A stretch of 63,282 nucleotides of DNA, filler included, from Globobulimina sp. (taxonomy: Eukaryota), in the NCBI GenBank assembly GCA_003354225.1. It is 36 parts of 36 records of this genome, joined end to end, with 100 filler letters (N's around TTAATTAATTAA, not from the genome) between each part and the next. Parts side by side here need not be neighbours in the genome. Positions count along the whole stretch, not along the records: positions 35,228 to 36,887 come from PIVH01013478.1; positions 36,988 to 38,647 come from PIVH01013479.1; positions 38,748 to 40,407 come from PIVH01013480.1; positions 40,508 to 42,167 come from PIVH01013481.1; positions 42,268 to 43,927 come from PIVH01013482.1; positions 44,028 to 45,687 come from PIVH01013483.1; positions 45,788 to 47,447 come from PIVH01013484.1; 29 more parts are not named here. The stretch is one strand, 5' to 3'. Below the pieces are notes generated by a model. It was not told the DNA's origin and did no database searches. It saw only the letters and a list, made by a program, of their open reading frames with translations. Shown in pieces: positions 35,228-46,031 of this stretch. A program made the position numbers and the translations under genes. How positions within the stretch are numbered: position 1 is the first letter of the stretch; each line of letters starts with the position of its first letter.

Positions 35228-36690
35228 CATGGCAGGGTCAAGGTGCATAGATATAAGAAGACCGGGAGTCGACGCGGAGGAGGAGCCACCACTCACAAAC
35301 ACAAATATAACGAATATGACGACTATGGGCCCTCTGCCGGCTCTGCTGCCAAACAACAAGAAGAGAATGAGGTGTTTTACAACGAGAAGCAAATAATGGC
35401 CGGCGATATGGACCATGTGTTGAGAGAGAATGCCTTTGCGCGGAATGTAGCTCATAATATTTTAAAGCGACGCAAACAAAAAATGAACAGCGTTGCTGCC
35501 AAGTTAGTGCGGATGCGGAGGATCAGAGGCAAATTAATGCGCCAATTCCCGCATAAAAAACGTTACATTGCTTCTAAAGTATTTGCGTCGCGAATAATGG
35601 AAGCAAATCTGGCCATGAATCCGTTTGGCATCTCGCTGACAGATTTGTTGTTGGGCCGAATCAAAGTCGAAGGCGACGTGAAATTGGTTAACATCGACTT
35701 TCGCAACGATTGGACGATGAAGAAAGTGGGAGAAGAGGTGGAAATGAGCGGGGACCCATTGCCGAGTAATCCGAAGTGCCAAATGGAATTATCCGCGTCG
35801 GGCGATGGCGATTTGGTGTTGCGATTTGGATACATTTTCCGCTTCATTGTGGGTGTGAAGTTTAAGTTTTTTTGGCAAATCTATACGCCGCTCATCGACA
35901 TTACCTTTGTGACGTACATTGAGTGGGATGTCGGCGCCTTTTTTTATGTGAAATGTAAAGGACATCCGTTTTAGCATCGGGCCCGTACCGGTTTTATTGA
36001 CGCCGTATGTGACTATATTTGCGGTGATAGCGTCTGTACCGCGACCTGTATATACTGGCATTTCTTGCCGATATAATGAGAGTATTTAAATAGTTTTCGA
36101 TGCATTTGAATATTTATATGGGTGTCTTTGTCGATTTTGGCAACATCATTGGAATGGTTTTGGGCATATTTGGTGTGCCAATGCCGGCGGCGGCCGCTCC
36201 AGAGTTCCTATTCAAGATTTTGGGGCCAATCCCGATTATACCCAAAATATCTTTGGGCTGTCTGGATTTGAAAGGACATTTATTAGAAATTGACACTGCT
36301 CTAAGACATGCGTGTTGCGTTGGGAAACTTGAACATTATCCACCGCCAAAATCGCCGCATCCATATTACGATGACAATTATTTGGACAATTACCACCATC
36401 AATATTCGTATGGCGATCAGAACCCATATTATGATGAGCCGTTTTACGAAGATCAACAATTTAATAAAAAGAACCATTTTAATGTGCATGATCCGTACCA
36501 TTATAATGATGACAATGAGTTTAGTCCATATTATTATTCTCCGGCATACCATATTCCCGTTGGACTGCGCCCAATGATGGATAAATGGAAAAAATATCAC
36601 CAAAACAACGATAATTCGAAACGCAAATATAAAATAAACGAAAAACAATTTAAACGCAAATATCCGCTTCCATTTGACGTTCCAGATTGA
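35228..36690 (+). pseudogene. Beta-rich extracellular-type protein with Y/D/H/P-rich region, frame-disrupted
   Basis: ORF 35243-35974 continues in another frame as FSIGPVPVLLTPYVTI (~35969-36087), then as ORF 36100-36690; no clean intron at the first break. Confidence 0.4.
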
Positions 36691-37094
36691 TTATTCATAA
36701 ATTAATTGTTTCATTTATTTATTTATTCTTCTTCTCATCATAGCGGAGCGAGGAAATTGAAACTTGGCTACGACCCATCGGATAAAACTATCATTGGAGA
36801 CCACGACAACCAGCAAGTTTATATAATATTTGATCACCACAACAAAGTGTTACATGGTGATATTTGTGCGTTATTTCACCATTTGGANNNNNNNNNNNNN
36901 NNNNNNNNNNNNNNNNNNNNNNNNNNNNNNNTTAATTAATTAANNNNNNNNNNNNNNNNNNNNNNNNNNNNNNNNNNNNNNNNNNNNTTCTCTTTTTTTA
37001 ACTTTTGCATTATATATAATTAAGTGTTTTCCGTTAATTAAGTGTTAAGTCTTAAAACTTTAGCTAAGTTTGCTTATCTCTAATAATATATTGG

Positions 37095-38144
37095 ATGGGA
37101 AACGCTGTTTCAGCCACAGATGCTGTCACAGGTTTCAGCAAGAAATACAAATTAGGCGATCGCATAGCCATAGGCACCTTTGCCACCGTAAGACGTTGTC
37201 GCAGGATATCAGATGAAAAAGAATTTGCCGTCAAAATTGTCAAAAAAAGCTTTTGTACACGAAACGAATTATTACTCCTTCGGGATGAAGTTCAAATTTA
37301 CCATTCACTCAATCATCCAAATATTATTGCCCTCCACGATATATTTCAGAACTCTGACACTGTCAAAATAGTGCTTGAGCTGTGCGACGAGCAAAATCTA
37401 TCCGATATCATGTATCTATCTCCAAATTGCAGGTTAACCGAAATGCAATGTACATACATCGCCTTCGTCATTGGTAACACCTTAAAATATCTCCATTCTC
37501 AGCAGATCGTCCATCGAGACATTAAGCCCGAAAATATACTCTTTACTAAAAAAGGAGTGATAAAGCTCACTGATTTCGGCTCGGCATTTACTAAAATGAA
37601 CCGATCTGACTATGATGTATTTGCGTTGAGCACTGTGATTGGAACACCTTCGTATTGCGCTCCTGAGATATTACAAGGACGCGTGTATTCGTATGGTGTG
37701 GATTTATGGTCGCTGGGTGTTGTATTATTTGAATGCATCGCTGGATATCACCCGTTTATAACCCGCAAAACAAGGAAGTCTGTGGCTCATTTGTATGGCG
37801 CTATCATTGCTGGCAAATATAGATTAGAATCGGTGTGGGATGATATTGGCAACGATGCATGTTGTTTGGTGCAGAAATTAGTTGAGGTGGACCCCACGCA
37901 ACGTCTTACCATCGATGGACTGTTAAAACATCCATTTTTGCATAGCGTTGCCCAGAATAATCCATTTAAAAGGAAGGGAACGATTATTAAAAGCAGTTTG
38001 AGTGAGAATCAAAGCCGAAGTCAAACTGCCAAGCTAACCTTAAAAAATCCAACTTTTAGCCTGAAATCCAAAAAAGTGTCATTACCCCAAAAAAGGGTAG
38101 TTTCAAAAGACATTCATTGGATGATTTCACAGCAATATTATTAA
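37095..38144 (+). CDS. CAMK-group Ser/Thr protein kinase, predicted N-myristoylated
   Basis: MGNAVS, AVK, HRDIKPEN, DFG, GTPSYCAPE, DLWSLG; intronless. Confidence 0.95.
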   Translation: MGNAVSATDAVTGFSKKYKLGDRIAIGTFATVRRCRRISDEKEFAVKIVKKSFCTRNELLLLRDEVQIYHSLNHPNIIALHDIFQNSDTVKIVLELCDEQNLSDIMYLSPNCRLTEMQCTYIAFVIGNTLKYLHSQQIVHRDIKPENILFTKKGVIKLTDFGSAFTKMNRSDYDVFALSTVIGTPSYCAPEILQGRVYSYGVDLWSLGVVLFECIAGYHPFITRKTRKSVAHLYGAIIAGKYRLESVWDDIGNDACCLVQKLVEVDPTQRLTIDGLLKHPFLHSVAQNNPFKRKGTIIKSSLSENQSRSQTAKLTLKNPTFSLKSKKVSLPQKRVVSKDIHWMISQQYY

Positions 38145-39001
38145 ATTAAATATAAAATTGTTATTTGTAGAATAAATAATGTTTATTTTATATTTTTTAT
38201 GTATTCTGTACGTTACACATTGTATGTTTATACCCTTCCTACTTATTACTATCCCCATAGTTTTAATAAATAATGCCTGTCATTCATTGTTGTATTTGTT
38301 GTGTATATGTTCTTAGATTGTTTATATATATATTGTTATTGTAAGTATTTGATTGAGTTTAGCATCATTTATTATAATAATTTATTGTTTATCTCCTTTT
38401 TCGAATTTTTGAAGTGTTTTTTTCAGAATGATGTTAGTCAGATGATGCCATGTCAGATGCATGCAACCTATTCACCGGTTTCATTTTTGTAACAAACAAA
38501 CCGGACAAAAACAAAAACTGTTCGACTAAACAATATTGTAACCGTTATTTTAATTAGAAACACAAACCCACCGTCACCAAATCATTTCTGTCCTATATTA
38601 TAAGATCCTTTTTTTCAAAAAAAAACAATTCAAAAAAAAAACAATGGNNNNNNNNNNNNNNNNNNNNNNNNNNNNNNNNNNNNNNNNNNNNTTAATTAAT
38701 TAANNNNNNNNNNNNNNNNNNNNNNNNNNNNNNNNNNNNNNNNNNNNCTGAAGAGGCAATAACTGCAATTTACACTTAATCCGAGACATTTCTTAAAAAC
38801 GTCTTTTAATTAGTATGCCAATCAAATTTTTTGGGCAATGTTAACTGCACATTTTTTTTTGGCAACGTTACTGGACGATAGTGTGCAAGGATACGAAATC
38901 ATTTATATTAATAAAAGTATACTTGATATTTAAACTATTTATTAAAAAGAAAAATATGTACTATCAAGGCAAGTTTATTTATATAATTACATTGCAAGTC
39001 T

Positions 39002-40104
39002 TTAATTTTTTGGACGGAACAATTTCTCGATAGGAACGCCGTTAATTTCTGTATATAACGCATTGCTGGGACAAGCCAACGACGACGCCACGTTCATCTC
39101 ATGTCGACAATCACCATCATACGTCGCATTAATCAAGGTATTATTCGCCACATTCGGATCACACCACCATCGAATCAACTCTTCGCCCTGCATGCCATTC
39201 ATACATCGCTGAGAAAGGAAATAATGGAAATCCCAATGCACATTCTTCGGATCAGCATGATTATGGAAGATGGGCTCAACGCGTCCTTCCTGCCACTCTG
39301 ATAAATACATCTCGCAAGTATGCGTCACCGTGTTTTCTAATATGGACTGCACCATAATGTCGCCCGTCTGTTGGTAACAATGTAAACCATTCTGGCACGG
39401 ACTGTACATCTGTTCATAGCCGTGGGTGGTCACAGGACCACGAATATATTTACCTTTTTGCGAACTCAAATCCAAGTAATAAGAGATATTCTGGTTATAA
39501 TCATGATATCGCCATTGACAATTGGCATGATGCGCATTTTCGTCGACACAGGCATAGGGCGTCCGGATTTGCATCGAATAACGACAGGATTGATACTCAT
39601 ACACATCTGCGATATAGGCGCCAGTCTGGAAATTCTCATCGCATTGATAAAATACATTCAAATCACGTGGCATCTGCGTCATATCACATTTCTCGCCATC
39701 TTGGTACATAAAGGCCCATGCCGCTGCACCATAAAACTGTATAAATATATTTTATTGGCATGTGATTACTCAGCAGATGTATATTATAGAGAATTCTTAA
39801 CATAATCTGGTTGATCATGATGATCGATCGCTAAGTAATGTAAACATTGATTGGTACCGGATATATATTCTACACAATTTCCGTAAAAATTGGCATTTCC
39901 CTGTTGACATTGTTCACCGTTTCTGCATGGAGTGTAATAATAATTATGATTAAATTGTGGATCTTTAAATTCTAAACGATAGCCGGAGATTTCGGTTAAA
40001 TTTAACGTATATCGCCCGTTTGGTCCTCCTGTATATTCACAGGTTCTTGGTGGCGGCTGACCAAATATTACGCATACTAATGCTAATAATATAATTGCGA
40101 TCAT
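39002..40104 (-). CDS. Secreted protein with three MRH (mannose-6-phosphate receptor homology)-like domains; intron 39737-39801
   Basis: Signal peptide; Y.L.L, Y.PC.NG..C.Q, Y..G..C, R....Y.C, E...C.Y......AC patterns; no TM anchor. At least two domains are clear, the count of three is approximate. Confidence 0.7.
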
Positions 40105-40202
40105 TGTAGACTCAACAAAGGGATTGAAGTGGGTAATGGTGTAGATGTAAAGGAGTGGTTTGTTTATTTTTATTGACCGAGCTACCTGTTTTTTTTTTTA
40201 AA

Positions 40203-40407
40203 ATGGAAGCGTTGTCCACAACTAGTAAACAAGCGGAAGCAAAAGCAGAAGACGAATCGAGCTTATTATACTTGTATAGACACTCAAAGCACAATTCCAC
40301 ACAGTTCAAACGCTGGACAACATTCCAATGTTTAATATTCTGTGTAATTGTAGTGATAATAACAAATCTGGTCAGTAATATGGACCGTATTGTTGGATCA
40401 TTGAAAA
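40203..40407 (+). CDS. 5' end of membrane-anchored protein
   Basis: AAA-ATG-G start, one hydrophobic helix, open to contig end. Confidence 0.45.
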
Positions 40408-40507
40408 NNNNNNNNNNNNNNNNNNNNNNNNNNNNNNNNNNNNNNNNNNNNTTAATTAATTAANNNNNNNNNNNNNNNNNNNNNNNNNNNNNNNNNNNNN
40501 NNNNNNN

Positions 40508-41474
40508 CATATTTCCCATATGGAAACATATAAATCATCTGAACGATAAACTGCTCAACCAACAAAGCCACAGTTGGATAAAACTCATAATATTTCATTC
40601 CCTGCCCATAGAATACTTTCGTAGAATCCAATGCATTGATTATCTCAAACACAGTAACAATTTGTGTAATGAATATTGCATGCACTCCCAAAGCAAATAA
40701 ACTGATAACATTGGGCACAAATTGCTTATTTACACAACACCAACATGATATTTGATAGAAATATACGCGTCCAATATAGAATTCGTTATAGAAACGTTTT
40801 ACACAGAAACTAAAAAACAGTCCTGACCGCACAGATAAACATTCGATAGCTATCAATCCAAATATTTCCACACCAGATTTAATCAAAATGCATACCATTA
40901 TCGGAACAGCAAGTTGCTGCAGACAGAAAAAGTAAAATAATGTGAAATATCTGCTCACTAATCCAGAAATCTCCTCTTTTAATCTATATTCTGTAGCATA
41001 TATAGGCCAAACATCGTGTTCGTACTCATTCCATTGTCCGTTATATGTATCGCAAAACGAAAAGAAATTTAAAGGTTTGATAGGATCAGATATTGGCACA
41101 GCGTCGTGTGGGGAGGCATCCTCTCCGTAGGTTGGATTAAAACTTTCACAGTAATCTGTATAATAAAACTGAAATGTTATGGCAATATAACACCAATAGC
41201 TGAGCATTAGCCATACTATAATATCTGTTGCATGGCTGTAGAGGAATAGGTATATTGATGGATTTTCTCTTCTCCATTCATAGTGTTTTTCATAGAGATA
41301 CTTGAATAATATCACAAATGGTGCAAAGGATACAACACAGGCAGCTGTGGCGATTATTTTTCCAAGAAGGAATGGAGGTTCTTTGAAAGTAGGTTCCATG
41401 CTAAAAACACTTTTAACACTCAAAAACTGTATGTCATGTGTACTTTTCCAACGAGTATGATGAGGATAGAACAA
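40508..41474 (-). CDS. Multi-pass membrane protein, partial
   Basis: Long ORF with ~6 hydrophobic helices. Confidence 0.6.
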
Positions 41475-41497
41475 TTCCTCTTTAGTAAATGTTAAGT

Positions 41498-42167
41498 TTA
41501 GAGAAGAAAATTCAAAATAGCAATTTCAATGAGAAACTTTGTGATATGGTTTACATTGGACACACCAATTTGCATTAAATCATTTTTATTCAATAATTTG
41601 ATCATTATTAATGTGTCAATTCCAGCCTCGATAAACATTGGATAATATTGTGGCATTTTTGCTTTATGAAAAAACCAATTCTTTACTTGATCATATTCAC
41701 ACTCATTATCATTCTGATTATGATTATTATCCATATCGATATCATCAAACTCATTGTTTAACGTATTCAAACTAGCAATGATATACTCCAATTCGTCAAT
41801 TTCTAACTTATTAATATAATGCATATAATTAACAGTTGGATGATATTTTAATTTATTTTTAAATTCCTTGGATAAAAATCTATTTGTTATACGATAATGT
41901 TTCTTATTTGTGAGCGTGACAAAAACATCAATTAATTGAATATCTAACTTTATAGTAAAACTGTTTAAATTTCGAAATCTTTTCGTTGATATTCTTTCCG
42001 TATCCCACGACGACTCCATTCGTGTGCTCCTCAAAGTGGCTTCACCCGCAAATTTAGTATTTGTTGCTTGAATAAATATAATATATCGAACAGATATCAG
42101 TACTGACTCAATATATAATTTGTGTATCGGCAATGAAAGTAAATGAATAAACAAAACAGTGTGATTT
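41498..42167 (-). CDS. MATH-like (end) plus SAM domain protein, 3' part
   Basis: W.......F..LNSFTIKLDIQLIDV (last MATH strands); VKNWF...MPQYYPMFIEAGID....L...DL.QIGV....H..K (SAM). Confidence 0.7.
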
Positions 42168-42312
42168 NNNNNNNNNNNNNNNNNNNNNNNNNNNNNNNNN
42201 NNNNNNNNNNNTTAATTAATTAANNNNNNNNNNNNNNNNNNNNNNNNNNNNNNNNNNNNNNNNNNNNTATTACGCGTTTCTTGCCATATTATTTATTGCC
42301 TAACAAAATAAG

Positions 42313-43582
42313 GTACTTTTATGTGGACAAACAACCGTCAGATGTTATTATTATATGCAATCCCGTGTATGGGAGCAATATTAAATCCAATTAATTTTCG
42401 TTTACATTCAAAAGATTGATCCTTTATTACCAAACATACAAAACATAAAATAATGTTCATTGATGAAGATTTACTGCCATTTTTTAATAAAATACCTGGC
42501 GAAGCATTACAATCCATAAAATATTTTGTGATCTGTGGTCAAAACGGATTGCCAGCAAACCAAAATTATGCATCCTTATTAACAAATATTAATTTTAATT
42601 ATCAACAAGTTATCGATTTTTATCAGTTTGAACATCAACATTCAAATATTAATAACTTTGCATGGCCCGATTTAGATGAACGAAACGGTGCAACTTTACT
42701 TTATACCTCAGGTACACACTTTTTCTACCAACAAAAAACACACTTTATTCGATTCATTTTTATTTAATTTGCAATCTAGGCACAACTGGCAATCCCAAAG
42801 GCAGTTTATACGGACATCGCAGTTTATACATTCATTTATTAAATACAGCAGCAACGGATATGTTTGCTGCATCAGGAACAGATTGCATATTACCGTTCCC
42901 TCAGTTATTCCACGCGTTGGGCATCTTACTGCCTTTATTAGGCTACATGTTAGGTCATAAAACCTTATTATTTGGAAATTGTAATGACTTTAGCAAAATT
43001 TTGGATTACTGTTTACAGGAAAGATGTACATTGGTTGCTGGTGTACCGACTGTGATTGCAGCTTTTCGCAACGCAATGAAATTAAATCCCAATAAATATG
43101 CTGCTATGAAGGGTGTATTAACCCGAGTCATTATTGGTGGCTCAGCGCCGCCACCAGATCTTACTAAGTGGTTTTGGGATAACTATGGCATCGAATTAAT
43201 TCAAGTGTGGGGTATGAGTGAAACGCAAGGCGTCGCCTATATTTCTAGAAGATGTGCGCGGCGAAGCGATTTGTTATTATCTGACGATGAAAAGGGACAA
43301 AATTCGTTGGTTGCGGGCATTCCGTTGCCTTCTGTACATGGCAAAGTTATTAAACATGAAAAGGAAAATATGGGTGATTTTTTTGTGAATGGACCGATTG
43401 TAACGACGAGATATTATGGCATGGCAACACCAGATAAGTTTGATGAAGATGGTTGGTTGGATACTGGTGATATTGTATCGTATACAGATAAGCAACAAAT
43501 TGTTATTCATGATCGAAGTAAAGATATGATAAAATCTGGCGGAGAGTGGATATCTTCGGCTGATATGGAGACGTATATTGCT
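42313..43582 (+). pseudogene. AlkK/DmdB-type acyl-CoA ligase with intron 42712-42779, in-frame TGA at 42417-42419 and chimeric 3' end
   Basis: YTSG|TTGNPKG split by a GT-AG intron; QVWGMSET, DGWLDTGD, DRSKDMIKSGGEWISS; upstream GTFMW..AIPCMGAILNPINFRLHSKD*SFI. Confidence 0.8.
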
Positions 43583-43626
43583 AGTCGCCAAAAACGAGGA
43601 GCTTATCGCGACGATATCCAATTGGA

Positions 43627-43656
43627 TTGACAAATACCTACGTGGATAGGTATAAT
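43627..43656 (+). promoter_or_regulatory. Consensus sigma70 promoter with overlapping palindromic operator
   Basis: TTGACA (43627-43632), 18 nt, TATAAT (43651-43656); ATACCTA-N6-TAGGTAT at 43634-43653. Confidence 0.75.
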
Positions 43657-43675
43657 GAATCAAACTAAATAGTCC

Positions 43676-43753
43676 AAAACGCAACGTGCGCGAAGTGTTA
43701 CTAGCACCTCACGCACGTCTACCCAAGAACCTGCCGAAACAGGCCAAGGGCTG
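43676..43753 (-). ncRNA. Candidate SymR-like antisense sRNA (~78 nt)
   Basis: Extended -10 TGTGGTATTAT at 43770-43760; predicted RNA ends in the ACGTGCG..GTGCTAGTAACAC..CGCACGT hairpin followed by TTTT. Confidence 0.45.
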
Positions 43754-43811
43754 GCGTTGATAATACCACAAGCCCGACTCTTCAGGGTAGTGTGGTATTG
43801 CCACTGACAGC

Positions 43812-43844
43812 AAAAGGCCATCCTATGACGGGGTGGCCTTTTTT
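43812..43844 (+). terminator. Rho-independent terminator (bidirectional type)
   Basis: AAAA-GGCCATCC-loop-GGGTGGCC-TTTTTT. Confidence 0.85.
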
Positions 43845-44027
43845 AATTATGAAGGATGAAGGATGAGGGATGAATCGGGCGCAAGCTCGTTCACCCCCCA
43901 TCTTTTATAAAACCATAATTTCCAGAANNNNNNNNNNNNNNNNNNNNNNNNNNNNNNNNNNNNNNNNNNNNTTAATTAATTAANNNNNNNNNNNNNNNNN
44001 NNNNNNNNNNNNNNNNNNNNNNNNNNN

Positions 44028-45687
44028 ATTGGTTGGCAGCGGTGTTCTATACAGGCCAGGTGGTGGTGGTTGCGGTGCATAGGGAGCTGGCGGATAATAT
44101 CCATTTGGAGGCGGTGGGCCATGGTAATATGGTGGAGGTGCACCCATTGCACCTCTGGGCGGTCCATAATACCCATTTGGTGGCGGTGGTGCATAATAAT
44201 TTGGCGGTGGTGGATAATAACTGTGCTGTCCATTAGTTGGCGGTGGTGGATATCCGGGAGGTGGACCGCGTGGATCCCGCGGATCATAATAATTGTTTCT
44301 ATTTCTTTGTGGTGGTAATTGTTTTGCTTTTGGTTTTGGATTATTTGCAATTACTGCAATCTTCTTAATATCAGCTTTCTTTTTATTTTTGTTTGGATTT
44401 TCGTCAAATAGCGCAGATAAATCAGTTGGTGGCGCCGCTAATCGTGGTCCCAATTCCTGATAATGCCTACCTTTGGATGGGCCCATATTTGTTGGTCCTT
44501 TGATCTGTGGTCTTTTCACTGCTTCTCGGCTCTAAATATATTAATTAAGTTAATTATAAGTTATTTGTCAGGCAAATCATGCAAAAATGGATACGTATAT
44601 TCAAGCAAAGTTACAAACAATTTTTTTAAGAGGTATATTGGATTTGGAATTAATTGGTCGCTTATTTTTATTTACTGTCGCTGTTGCAGACGGTGTAATG
44701 GATCTGGATTTTGATTTAGATCTAGCTTTCAATGATGTGGATGGGATAGGATTGGATGTATTTGATTTGGTTTTTACTTTAGATTTTAATGCTTGTTTGC
44801 GGATAACACGCGTTTTGGCAGATTTATTATTCAATACTCGATGATTGGTTGTCAAATCTATTACGTTTGGCGATGCATCTTTACTTTTGGGGATTAAATT
44901 TTTATTTCTTTTTTTCACGAGTTTGCCCGCATTGGATATGATTTTTCTCGTCGGTGCGGCGGTTTTTTTACGATTCAGGTCTTTCTTGGGAGGTAAATTT
45001 TTAACCCGCGAAAAACTCCTCGGTGCCGGTCTCCGTTGTTTGGCTTCGTTCATTGGGAAACCAGCCACGATATGACTGCCGGGTTTGGCAGCTACGTTAT
45101 TCATAGACCTGTTAATGCGCGATTTGATCATTTTGTGTTTATCCGCCACAGTGGTCTCAGGCGTGCGTGCTCTGATACGATTAAAAAAGCCGCGTTTCTT
45201 TGCCGAGACTCTGGTTTTTGGTTTCTTTGCATCCAAATCCGCATTCATATGCATAGAGAGTGGGGATACTGATTTAGTGCCATCCTCAGTGAGCTTATAC
45301 AAAATAAGAAATAATTAATTCCAAATGCAATGAGAGAAAGATTAAGTAATAGAAGCGAGTAAATACAATGCAAGAAAAAAGGTATCCGATATATAAAAAT
45401 AAGAGTACGTAAACATACCGTGTCATGGTTGGGTTTCCTTCGTCGAACAGCTCTTCTTTTCGGTTGTAATGGTTGCGGGTTATTACTATGGACAGCTGAG
45501 GGGACAGACATGTCTGTGTTTGTATTATTCCGTTGTACGCGTACTCGTCGATCCACATCTTGACCGGGCGCAGGTGGATTATAATAGGATGGAGCTGGGA
45601 TGAAGTGCGATGGTGCGGTATCACGCAAAAATAAATTGCCGCCATCCACAGCCATGGCTGTATTGCTCGCATTCGTCGATGTATTGA
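44028..45687 (-). CDS. Multi-exon disordered K/R-rich protein with Pro/Tyr/Gly-rich region, partial
   Basis: Three consecutive minus-strand ORFs separated by short AT-rich introns; YYPPPP repeats. Confidence 0.65.
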
Positions 45688-46031
45688 NNNNNNNNNNNNN
45701 NNNNNNNNNNNNNNNNNNNNNNNNNNNNNNNTTAATTAATTAANNNNNNNNNNNNNNNNNNNNNNNNNNNNNNNNNNNNNNNNNNNNTTAAGCTAAGTGG
45801 GGCAAACGGGTCAAAAGGAGTGGAGTAATTCCACTTTTACTGCGTTTTTTTTGGGTAAACTAATTGTTTTTAGACAGACACTGCTGGTCGCATCGCATCG
45901 CTTCGCTTCGCTCGAATAGATTGAGAAACGACAAAATTTAAGACACACAAAAAAAAACAACAAAAAATTCAGTATCAGACATATATAAATTCAATTTCAA
46001 GCAACCAAAAAGAAAGAAAAACATATATTAT

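Noticed and set aside
42417-42419. Nuclear UGA reassignment to Trp, suggested by an in-frame TGA and UCA tRNA-like elements
   Set aside because: TGA ends DPH7 (28835-28837) and the Rab (25436-25438) at their expected C-termini, Trp is TGG throughout, and this TGA sits at a Leu/Ile-type position.
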